Source of the DNA: Podarcis melisellensis
Taxonomy: Eukaryota
DNA: 64,000 nucleotides
Reading direction: 5' to 3' (one strand)
NCBI GenBank assembly: GCA_964234715.1
Contig: OZ174280.1
Part shown: piece after piece, positions 39,870-51,707 of the stretch
Layout: each line of letters starts with the position of its first letter
Position numbering within the stretch: position 1 is the first letter of the stretch
Notes under the pieces: model-generated
Told to the model about the DNA's origin: nothing
The model's database searches: none
Seen by the model: the letters and a program-made list of their open reading frames with translations, nothing else
Translations under genes and position numbers: made by a program

Positions 39870-40170
39870 TAAGTGCAATTAACAGTCACTGTTTAAATGA
39901 CAGCAGAGCATGGGTGAGGAGAGGAGAGGTTTAACTCTTTCTCTCCATTTTCCAAACCCACCATTGCGTTTCAAGGGAAACTCCCAAATCACACTTGTGG
40001 AGTCTTCTGAATTGCATATAGCAGCTTCAGAGTGGAATTTTTTGTTAGGATTGTGCTAGGGAGGGAAAGAGTTAAGCTTCCTTTCCTCATCTCCCACAAT
40101 CCAGAGGCAGCTCAGGTTTCCCTTTGCTGCTATTTACATAACAAAATCCATGTGCCTCTTAATTGCATTA
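39870..40170. mobile_element. Old palindromic MITE-like element
   Basis: Imperfect inverted arms ttaactctttctctcc / ggagggaaagagttaa and tgcaattaa / ttaattgca. Confidence 0.45.
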
Positions 40171-43100
40171 AAGCAATACATATTATGTATAGTTAGGAAA
40201 CTAACCTCTTAAGCCAGTGCTACGCAGCCCAACAATCCCTGTTTCATACAGTATAGGAGAGTTTCATGCATCCCTAAACCCCAATCAGCATCTGCTTCAA
40301 TACAGGCACACATTTATGACAGGATCACAGCAGCTATGGATGTTGCCTCTATTTATTGCTGTGATTATTGCTGTTGCTGTTTGAATGGAAATTGGATCTC
40401 TGATATGATAACTTCAATTCACCAATGGACAACGGGGCTCCCTAAAATACTGCCCCCCCCCAAAAAAAATCAGTGGCTTATTTTAGTTCAATGTGAGTTT
40501 GACACACTGTTAAGGTATTGGGTGGAAGTATCTGTGATAAGGCAGAGGGTGTCAGGTGGTTTTATTCTGCCTTCCCCAAGCTACAAGAAGTGCAAAAAAG
40601 ACTTTGCAGAATTGGTTTCCTTTAAAAGAGACTCCGGGCATGTTTGGAGCCAAGGATTTGGGCATCAAGAGGTCTACCCTCCTTATTCCTTGATGTACGG
40701 GATCAGCAGCTTGCAAGCAGAGGGAGTCTACTGCTGGCCTGATCTCTGCTGTTCTCCAGCACCACCACTGAAGATGGCCAGAGAGTATACTGCAGTTTCA
40801 GTTGAGCAGGAGCTCATGACCAGAGGAGCTAATAGGATACCATTGGCTTATCTGGGCCTGCCTCCTTAGTCCCGGCTGCTTATAGTAGCTTTGCGACTAT
40901 TACTAGGCTTCAAAATACTATGAGCTGTAAGTACACAAGCCTAAATTCACACACACACACACTCACCCCTTCACTGCCAATATATTCATTTTTTCCAAGA
41001 CACTTATCTAAAGCTTTTGTCCTTTAAGAAAAACCTTTGAATTCCAATCATCCGAGCAGATCCTTGATTACAGTGAATTGGCCTATTCGTATGAATGATT
41101 CTTCTCAACCCACCTTGCTCCAGGGAGATGTTATTGCTTACAAACATAACTTGATCATTACCATATATTTCCCAAGCCCTCCAGCTTTGTTGCCTCACCA
41201 GCTTTTGTGATTTTTGCACTTTGCTGAACTCTTTCAAATGTTTGACACATGAGAATCTTAGCTTTTGTACTGAGAGGCACATTTCTATCTTCCATGGGTT
41301 TATCTTTGGGTTAGTCAGCACAATCCTTTAAAATATGACTGAGCTATCGTTTTCCTTTGCATTGCCCTTATGGGAATCCTTCATAGCACGATAAGCAGTC
41401 CCTGTGGAATGAATTGTGGGTGGGGTACATTATCCGTTTCGGGGACATGAAAATGAGAATGCACATCCTTTATAGTAGGCAGGTTTTTAAAAAATGGAAT
41501 AAATTAATGTGATTCCTCCACCTATAATCTAAATTGGCACAGTCCCAGGAATACTGTACCATGTTATTACCATGTGGTTTTTGAGGGGCATTTGTTTTAC
41601 GCAGAGCTGCATTGTTATAGAACCCTTATAGAAAGTCACATCTAGCAAATCTAGATGGTAAAGCTGAAAAAGCATTGAAACAATAGTGATGAGAAGACTC
41701 TTATTATTAATAATATTAATATTAGTATTATTAATCACTTCCCATGAAATTACCTCAAAGCGATTAATGATTTTAAAAGCCCCAGATTCAACTAACCCAT
41801 CGTGCCAGCAGAAGCCAACACTAGAGCTCACACTAGTGCAATGGGTTCCCCCCCCCATGTCCCCTGTTCCTCCCCCAAATCCTCTCTGAAAGGTCAAGTG
41901 ATCCCACCACCCCACAGAACAATGAACAGGCAGAGAAGAGGAAGAATCATTCTGTCTGGGAAACAGAACAGAAGGATCAGAAGAGTGCAGGATTGAACTC
42001 CTCCCATTAAGAATTAAAATGACTTAAGAAGATAAGAGCCCTGAAGGATCAGACCCATTGCCTATCTAGTCCAGCATTCTCTTTCCAGTAGTGCTCTATG
42101 GAAAGGCTACTAGCAGGAGAAGCATGCAACGTCCTTAACTTACTATTGTTTCCCAGTAACTGGTAATTCACAGCACAGTTGTCTACGTTTCTATGCGGAG
42201 ATAAGCTCCCTTGAGTCCAGAAGGATTTCCTCCCAGGGAACTGAAGCTTCTAAGCCTGGACATCCTCCAAGTTTGGATACTGTGGGTTAAAATGGGCACA
42301 GAGAGAGGTCATGCCCTCTGTTGACTAATCATCTCTACCAAGGACATGCACAAAAACAAAGTAGGCGCATTGACTTTGTGTCTGTTCTTACATTTTACGT
42401 TGCTTTTAAATTTGTTTCCACTCTAGAAGCTGGGGAAACAGTGCAGTGACTGAAATGACCTAACCTTGCCTCACAAGAGACTTCTGTGCCCTGAGCAGTC
42501 AGCTGGAAACCACTAGACAGGAGCACAGTGCCACAGTTGTGCATTTCAGGGTTATTGATTAAAACTAGAAATGGATATGATGAGGAGCATTGCTGAGATC
42601 AAGGCTTAGAGCTCGGCCTCCCCATTCCAGAGGTCAATGGGGTTTTAAGTTTTGCAAACGTAATAGGTTCAAAACTATGAACCAGGTCTTGCAGGCTTAT
42701 TGCAGCGGTATGAAAAATTCAAGATAAAAATATCCAAATCTATACTTGCCCCCTATTTGCCCTGGGTGGATAAGCTTCTTCTACCTTTCCCCGTGCAGTC
42801 ATATAGAATAGAAACTTTCAAAGTGGAAGCTGTGTGTGTGTGTTTTAAGTATATTTGCAGCTGGGAAAATAATCGTGGAACAATGGTCTCTGTGGGAAAT
42901 GTGGGATTTGCTTCAATTCAATATAGAAAAAGAGAACTGAGGATTTATGAAATCTTCATTCGACGATTTCTAGGCTTAGCTTAAAGTGCTAGGTTTCAAA
43001 GAGCTGTGCAGAAACTGCCACTGGTGTGAGCTGGACTGGGAGAAAGTGGCAGCACATGGGCAGGGAAGAGAAAGGGACCAACACTCCTCAGGAAGAGGAA

Positions 43101-43369
43101 AGACTCAGTGTCCTTTGGCTGCACACCTCTTCATTATTCAAGGAAGGGTTATGGCTCAGTGGTAGAGCATTCACTTTGCATGCAGAAATTCCCAGGATCC
43201 ATCCCTGGCATCTCCAAGTGGGACTGGGAGAGAATGCTGAAGATCTGCTACTGGACTAGATGGCCCACTGGTCTGTTGTTCCTAAGTACAGAGAAGAGGT
43301 TTAAGTGAAGCATTTATTCAACTTTTAAACAGCCCTTCATTCAATCATCAAGGGCAATTTCCAAAATAC

Positions 43370-43830
43370 TGGGGGAGGCTGGTCTATTATTAGAGCAAAT
43401 GGGGCACTTGCCTGCCTTCTTATGTGCCTCTGATCCAGGCACTGGCTGCCAGCTTCCCCATCCTTAGTCTCAGCAAGGAGGAAGATGGGAGCAAGGACTA
43501 GAATGAATTAGCTCTGTCTCTCATTGGCTCTGGCGCCACCTACTGTTGGGCTCCCTGCCTTCCACCCTACCAATCCCCCCAAGCACCAAGTAAAATACTA
43601 TTTAAAACTGCCAATAAAAACTATTTAAACGGTTTTAATAAAATAATTCTTGAGTTTCAAACCACTTTAGTATCAACAAGTACCTACAGTGACGCCTTCC
43701 AGACTCTCTCATGGCAGCCTAAGCAGGCCTTTCGATGGCTGTGGTTGTGCTTGTTTCTGGCTCTGGCTCCACCTAGTGTTGGCCTCCTGCCTTACACTGC
43801 ATCAGTTCCAATGGGCACCAGCCACCACTG
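43370..43830. mobile_element. Fragments of a dispersed DNA-transposon-like family (other copies ~23126-23212 and ~63508-63705)
   Basis: Recurring tggctctggctccaccta / ggagccagagccaatg and gcaccagccaccactg end. Confidence 0.5.
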
Positions 43831-46800
43831 GTGGCTTTTGCAGGGAGCCTGTAGACTGGTGGACAGTCCCAGGCTGCATAACAACAGCCTGTCTATCCAG
43901 CAGCTCTTTATTATGGTTGAAAGAAAGTGACACACAGACCCAGCTCACAAGCATTTTGTGTGCTAGGTTAGTGAGGGATGTGGGAAATAGTCAAAAGCCC
44001 AGAAGCTTTATTGCAACGAGAGGTGTTAGGTGCTATTACTTTGTCAAACAAGCACAAAATATTTCATACAAGTATTGCAAGGAACGGGCAACGGATTTTC
44101 ACTGTGGGGTTCGGGTGATGCAGAAGTGCCGGTTGATTAGCAAGTGTCCACATCTCTCTGCGTCCTCTGGGGACAAGATAGCAGTGACAGGGACTGGCAA
44201 AAAGCTGTGAGCTCTCGAGCCAATGAGAACTCCCAGCCAGCACTTGTTTTATTTATGAACTCTCCAAGGCTTGATATTAAACAGAAGTGAGATGTTATCA
44301 AAACACTGTTTTATCTCATTCGGAGCCTCTAACCGTACAGGTACCATGGGCAGGAGGAGGGAAGTGTTAGACCGCCTGTCTCTTCTGCCTGGTAACTGAA
44401 TCAGCAGGAAGATTCCCACAAGGTGATCCAGGCATCCTCTTTCAGCCTGGCGTGCTCCCCTTAGAAGGCTTATAACTGGGCCAGATGAGTCCCTTTTCCT
44501 TATGACTCTCTTCCATGGTCAGGCTGCCAATCTGAAAAAGAAATGATCACATTTAGATTGTAGGGTAGGCTTCTGCATGGATATTGCATTGGTCACATAA
44601 GGAGTAGAAACAGCATTGTGTCTTCCAGATGTTTTGGACCAGAACTCCCAGCAGCCCCTGTCAGCAAGGGAACTGTAGTCCAAACCATCTGGAGGACACT
44701 GGACTGAGGAAGGCTGGAGCAGAATCTTTCCTCCAACATCTACCAGTAAAAACACCTGTCAGCAGCTGAGAGACCACACCCTCCAACATCCCAGTGAGGC
44801 AAATCAGAACATGACCTTTATGGAGGCCATGGCTCTCTCATGCAGGCCATACCCTCTTTCACTCAGGCCACGCCCCTTCCCTCGGCTCCCTCATTCCTTT
44901 GAGGATGGCAGTATCAGCATGTGTTCCATTTGCTATGCCTTCCAAATGGCTGATTTGTGGCCCTTTTCAAAAAAAGAATGAATCAGAAACTGGGCATCAT
45001 CCAGAATTGGCTGGAAAGTAACCTCAGGGGTCAAGGCATTAGCAATAAAGATGGCCCCTCGGCATGGTAACAACAGATCGCTTACATTCTCCATGGCTGC
45101 CATCTTGTCTCTTGTTTCAACTCTTGATTTGGGCCAGGCCACTGTTATAATGCTCTGTGGAGCCATCTTGTGAAACGGGCCAGCCAGAGAGCTGCCTGTC
45201 AGATTCTTTTCATTCCTTCCCTTGCCTTCACTTCTTTCATGGAGGCAGCCATTTCCTTGCTTAACAACAGGGCTTCATTAACCATATTGCTAAGCACACC
45301 ACAGAGCAGGGACCCAGCCCAATTAGGGCCCCCGCTGCTGTGGTTTAATTATTTAGGGTTCCCCAATGTGAAAAGCATGTTCATTTTGCTCCCAGACCAG
45401 GTTTCTTTCAAATTCCTTGCAGCTGAGAATGCACTGCTGTTCTTTCATCATAAAGCAGGGCAGCATTAAGCATCTCCCCAGCTTGAGGTAAATGTAAACC
45501 AACGGTAGCCTGACCGCCATGGCGAGTAGAGGATTCTCTGTCGTGCAAAATACTACTTTGCAGGACAGGGAAGAATACATGGAGCAGAACTTTTTGGGCT
45601 TCTGCATGTGATCATATGTGTGACGGACAATGTATACAATTGCCTGGGCTTTTATGAGCAAATGGTGGTAGATGAGAGGCTGCATGTTTCAAGGCAGAAG
45701 ATGGGATCCGATTGGATTCCATTTGAAGCTCTTGTGCTCACAGCTGGGAGAAGGCCTTAGCTCAATGTTGCATTCTTTGCATGCAAAAGGTCTCAGATTC
45801 CATCCCCAGAATATCCCGATAGGGCAAGGAGAGAAACTGGATAGCAACTGCCATTAAGTGCATGCAGTGCTGAGCTAGATTGACCAATGACCTGTCTTTC
45901 TATTGATCCAGTGCAGGTGTCCGCTAATGGAGGGTAAAGGAGGGGGTTTTTTTTGCTAAATCCTCCTTACAACTATAGAAGGCATACACACACCCAGCGC
46001 TGTCTTCCATCCTGTTCTGGAGAGTCCACCAACTCTCTGAAATGGATTTTTGTGGGTGCTGAGGACTGTAGGAGGGAGGAGGAGTTGCATTGCATCTTCC
46101 ATTAATGGACATGCCTCCTGGAAAAAACCCTTCTGCAGTTGCAAAAGCACCAACTGGATTCCACGCAAAGAGCCTCAGGAAAAGACTTGGTAAATTCCTT
46201 CCTCTGTGCTTCTTAATCTGTCACTGTCTGACCACATACTTCCTCTGGAAAGTTCATTTCACTCTTTTCATATAACCTCGCATATAAGGGCCGCAGTTTT
46301 TCTGCAGTCAGATACATTCTCATATCAGTGTCCTCGAATGCATGCAAGATTCAAGTATAGACCTAAGGATACATCAATCACAGCTACTTATGAGACATTA
46401 ATACTCCTGTATACAGTGAATATGCTTTAACCTATTTGCATTCACATACTGGTAAGAGAGATAATTTTCTCGTGCTCTCAGAAGTGCACATTAGTGTATT
46501 TCAGATTCCTTAGGCATTATTTTTTTGAATGAAGTCCCAGTTGTTGCCTTATGGGACAGAAACGTGAGCTTATGCAATGAAACGGAACCTTTCTGGACAG
46601 GGAAAGTCCAAGAACCTAAGTTGCGTGAGACCTTATCTGAGGTTTTCAGAATTCTGTTGGAGAACCTAGACCCTTCACATCAGGGGTAGAGAACTAGTGG
46701 CGTGCAGGTGTTACTGGACTACAACTCCCATCATCCCTGACCATTGGCCATGATGTCTGGGGCTGATGAGAGTTGAAGTCCAACAACATCCTGAGGGTCT

Positions 46801-48044
46801 TATAAAACTACAGCTTCTAATTCTTTCTGGAAAGAGGGGATGACTGATCAGCCAGGTTGAAGTCTATAGTGTGGACTGTGGATATGCCTTTAGACTACAG
46901 CAGTGGTTCTGACTTTTTAAACTAGGGCCCGCTTGAGACGGCTGAAAATTACTGAAGCTCACCAGTTACCGAATGGTGGTGCAGGAACAGAGCCAGTCTC
47001 AAAATGGAAGCAGATGGAGGCAGAGTTTGGCATAATTAGTTGGCAATTGCTGACATCACTTTCTACTGATACCTATTTCTTCTTTGGAAACTGCTAAATT
47101 CTTTGACCCAGTGTTTTCCTTGCACCAAGGAGTTCCATAGTTTAGCTTTTCTCAAACTAAGTACAGACATTTGCTCCTTTACTCAGCATGCAAGGAGTTG
47201 CTGCTACTGGCATTGACCCAGTTAGAAGCCTAGGGTGCAGCTAGGGGGTGGGGTAGGCAGGTTGGGGGGCATTGGGCAGGCTGTGCCTCTGAGCACTACC
47301 TGAAAATGACCCAAACTAGCTTTTAATATTGTCTTGCTTCAAGAGACAGTTCCCATTTTAAGGGACCATCCTTAGTCAGTGTTATAAAAACTCTAGTGGG
47401 CATTCCGATTAACTATGAGGCACTGGTATTCCAGAGACGCAACATCACAGCTCCAGGTCCCAGGTTTTGACATTTTGCATTGCCAGTGCTGTTAGCTATT
47501 CAGCCTTGCCTTTAGCAAGATTCCCTCCCCTTTTCATCTTGATGCTGATCTTCATCTGAAGGAATATATGTATGTTGGGCCCTGGTGTATTGGGAGCCTA
47601 GGTAATAAGAGGCTTGATATTTAAGGGACAGAACATCCCAGAATCAAATGTCTTGGGTTTCATACTTGCATGCAGCAAAAAAAAAAACCAAAAAACCCCA
47701 CCTGAGATCATCAGAGAATGCCCTCTGTCCTGTCAATCCAGAATAAAGCCTGAGATGGACAAGTAGCAGTTTAATATTTTTCTGCCAATTTGCAATCTCA
47801 ATCTGTGGCTGCTTCAGCTCCCATTGTGTTATCTGTGAAAGGCTTCTCTCGTGTGTGATACCAACCGACCAGGGATCACCTCATCAACATGGTGATTGAC
47901 ATCATATAGTCAACCAATGCAGCTAGATGGCAATATCATTGAGGGGGAAAACAAATCCTTCACTGAATTTAGAACTGGGTTATTGCTCGCTTTCTTTTTT
48001 AACTGAGACAGTTTGTCTGCTCACTCTCACTCTCACTGTCAAAT

Positions 48045-48140
48045 TACAACTAAGAGGTTTGTGGCACCTTTAAGACTAACAAATTTATTATGGCATAAGC
48101 TTTCTTTGGACCACAGTCCACTACATCAGATGCATGAAGC
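48045..48140 (-). mobile_element. Penelope-like terminal fragment carrying a minimal hammerhead-like motif
   Basis: ttgtggcacctttaagactaacaaatttattatggcataagctttc...tccactacatcagatgc. Confidence 0.75.
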
Positions 48141-48393
48141 ATATTGCAGGTACATAGGTTGGAGGAGGTTATAGCACTAAATGTGCTATTGACTGAATGT
48201 CTGTGTTGTCATTTTGTGAATGACCATTGTTCAAAACATAATTATTACCATCTATACTTTTCTGAATTTCCTTTCCTTCTGACCTCACAGAGTGCATACT
48301 TCTGAACAAGAGATAGGGGGAAAATGTGTTTCTTGGAGATTATGCATACTAAATTGAGGATGTCCATATTGCCAGGAGAATGTACCAAGTGCA

Positions 48394-48852
48394 GTTGTTG
48401 TTGTTTAGTCATTTAGTCATGTCCGACTCTTCGTGACCCCATGGACCAGAGCATGCCAGGCACTTCTGTCTTCCACTGCCTCCCGCAGTTTGGTCAAACT
48501 CATGTTGGTAGCTTTAAGAACACTGTCCAACCATCTCATCCTCTGTCTACTGTCATCCCCTTCTCCTTGTGCCCTCAATCTTTCCCAACATCAGAGTCTT
48601 TTCCAGGGAGTCTTCTCTTCTCATGAGGTGGCCAAAGTATTGGAGCCTCAGCTTCAGGATCTGTCCTTCAACTCAGCACTCAGGGCTGATTTCCTTCAGA
48701 ATGGATAGGTTTGATCTTCTTGCAGTCCATGGGACTCTCAGGAGTCTCTTCCAGCACCATAATTCAAAAGCATCAATTCTTCGGTGATCAGCCTTCTTTA
48801 TGGTCCAGCTCTCACTTCCATTCATCACTACTGGGAAAACCATAGCTTTGAC
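48394..48852 (-). mobile_element. RTE-BovB LINE 3' fragment
   Basis: (CAA)n tail, gtccgactcttcgtgaccccatggac, catgaggtggccaaagtattggag and cagccttctttatggtccagctctcac match the BovB 3' region. Confidence 0.92.
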
Positions 48853-51252
48853 ATATGCTCATTCCCCCCAAGATCTGTTGGAGATTATGCATATTAGCCT
48901 GATAATGTACAAAATTCAACTGAGATGTTCACATCCACCAAAGCTTATTGGGAACTCTGCATAATTTCCAAGAATCCGGAGAATGTGCACAATTTCCTCT
49001 TCATGGATAGATTATATACACATTCTCCATGAGGTCTGGTGAATGTGCATAATGGCTGGTTGTTATGCAAATTAAACACTCGACTTATATTCTCCATAAC
49101 ATGTATCTGGGGGAATCCAGATACATGTTCTTTGTATAATACACAGAGAATCCTATCCTTAAATTTTCTTCACTAACTGACTCCAGAGAGTCTCTCTGCT
49201 GCAAAAGCCCTCAGATTGGAAGGTGGATTTTCCACTCAGCTGCTTCTCTCTTTCTGTTTACGCTCTGTTTCTTTGGGTGATCAGGGGATGCTCCTGGCAC
49301 ATTTGTGGCAATGGGAGATTCGCTGCAGTGCTCGAAGCTTCCTCTTCTCTCCCCCCCCCTTTTCTCCAACCCACTCATTATCCTAGCATAGAAATAATAG
49401 GTAATTAATAACTTCTCGAGAAGCATACATTTCCTGAGCCTAATAATCCTCTTGGTGCTGAGCTTCCACAGAGATGATTGGTCAGTTAGGCATGCGCTGA
49501 AGGCATAGCATCCTTAGTGCACCAAGAAGGGTTTTGCAATGGGGGGGAGCAAAGTATACAGTAGAAAACTCGGTTGGCATGCTTAGGTTCAAAAACTTGG
49601 GCATGTCAACAACAACATTTCTTTCCTTCTCCTAGGATGTAGCCACAAAACTAAATTGGAACAAAATATCTGCAGTAAAGTTCCTAACTTCTCATACAGT
49701 TTAACTGAATGGCTTCATAAGCAAGTCACAGTGGGCCACTGTCAGTTCCTCCTCCTCTTTTGAGCCAAAGTATAAAAGGCCCTGTACTATCCAGAAAAGC
49801 TCCCCTGGATGGCAGAGTGAAGATACAATGGAGGCAGCAAAGTACTTCGTTTTTGGTTGTATTTTGGGTTTTTTGGCTGATTCACCTGGAGTTCTTCTCC
49901 ACTTGCATTCAAGCCTTCCCCCCATTTGTCTACTTCCCAGTAGCATGATAGAGCCATGTAGTGGAACAAAATGTACTGGGTGAACTCTGCAGTTCTTGTT
50001 GCTTTGCCTTTTGTGTTGCCATTTCTGTGCCTTGTGTTCTTCCTTGAGTCTTCTCACTATTTCCCCAATGAGCCTCCCTCTCCTCTGCCCAGCTGACTAG
50101 CAACTCTACTAATCATATTGCTGGATTGTGACTGCACTTATTGAGGCAGGTTCCCAATTTTCATGAACTCACCTTCCCAATGAAGCTTTCTTTGACTGTA
50201 AGCAAAAGGTTCCATAGGAGTTTGATGAATGACGAATCAAGAAAAAGTATTAATCGATCAGGCTAAAATGAATGCATGCCTATTTTATATGCAAATTCTG
50301 TTCAGCTGAAAGATCCATTGTATGATGTCACACACCATCATTCATATTCCCAGGTAAACAATCAAGGCAGGGTTTTGTTTTTTTAAATATAGATGTTTTC
50401 CAGGTAGAGATGAATAGAAATCTGAAAATTAGTCACAAACTGAAAATCTCAAAGGGATTAGCTAGGTGGCTTTTGTTTATAAACTGAAAAAAGCCTTTAT
50501 TTTCTAGCTTAAAAAATAGATTCTGGTTTATGTGAAAGAGAATGGGCTGGCTCTTTAAGGAATGTGGCCCTTATTCATAAAACTATTCATAAATCTAGAT
50601 TATGCCCACCTTGAAACTCAATGGAATTCCATCATTTGCATTGTTAATCTAGGCCAAGGATGTGCAACCTGTGGCCCACTGTCAAAAGCCCTCTGCAAGC
50701 AATTGCTTCACACATCTGGCAAGGGTGACTTTTCCTCCACTGGCAGCCCATGGGGAAATAGGGGAGGGGAGAAGAAGGTATCAGAAAGACAGAAGAGATA
50801 AGGAATGGCAGATGGCAGCACTAGCAGGCCGTGAGAAAGCAGTACTCACTTGACCTCCTGTCACCAGCGTCACTGCAGCTTACCAGGAGGAAGAGGGGAA
50901 AGGGCAAGTTGGTGGTGAGGTCAGTGCAGTGGAAACATGCCAATGTGTTTGCACCACGCTGACCCCACTGCCATATTGCCATTCTCCCTCCCAGTAAGCC
51001 ACAGTAATGCCAGGTGATGGGAGGTCATGTAAGCACCATCATTCCACTGACTGCTGCTAGGTAGCAGAAAGAGAGAGAGAATTGAGATTAGCAGAGAAAG
51101 TGAGAAAATGGTAACTCCATGCACTTATGGTTCTGGCCCAGTGATTGCGGGCTTCAGTTTTGTCCACAAACCGTATGTGACCCAAAAAAATCTACTGCAG
51201 GTAGAATGTGGTCCTCAATGCGGAGTGGGGGAGAGTTGTCTATCCCATTCTT

Positions 51253-51544
51253 TTTGTTGTTGTTGTTAGAACGTTTATTAATTTTCCAATAAAAGACATC
51301 CAATTAACATATCAAATCATAATCCAATAAAAATCGACGGACGAAAGGTTATCTGATTTCTGACATGATTGAGGATCGCTGACCCAGAGATAAAAAATGG
51401 AGAGATAAAATCAAGATATGGAAATATTGATGAGAGGCAGGACTGAGATATAAATATGCTTCAAGGTTCAGACTGTGGGAAATCGTAAAATCAAAATTAC
51501 AATTCGGAAGATAATTTGACTTTTTTATTTTATTTTTTTATTTT
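51253..51544 (-). mobile_element. Short L1-like 3'UTR insertion with apparent 5' inversion
   Basis: TSD tatcccattctt / taccccattctt; minus-strand AATAAA and (CAA)n/A tail; base composition switches strand near 51336. Confidence 0.65.
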
Positions 51545-51628
51545 TACCCCATTCTTGACAATAGAATGGCAGGATTTGAGAGCGTTTATGAATGACCCTA
51601 ACAGCGCTTCCAGCATGGAGTAGTAGCC

Positions 51629-51707
51629 CTGTTTTCAATTATCATAGCCAACTACATCATGATAGCTAAGCTATCATGATGTAGTTGGCTATGATAATTG
51701 AAAACAG
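51629..51707. repeat. Perfect 39-bp inverted repeat with 1-nt spacer
   Basis: ctgttttcaattatcatagccaactacatcatgatagct-a-agctatcatgatgtagttggctatgataattgaaaacag. Confidence 0.97.

Noticed and set aside
40336-40869. 177-aa ORF in the intron (similarly 43689-44210)
   Set aside because: No homology I recognise, no convincing splice signals, and composition typical of non-coding DNA
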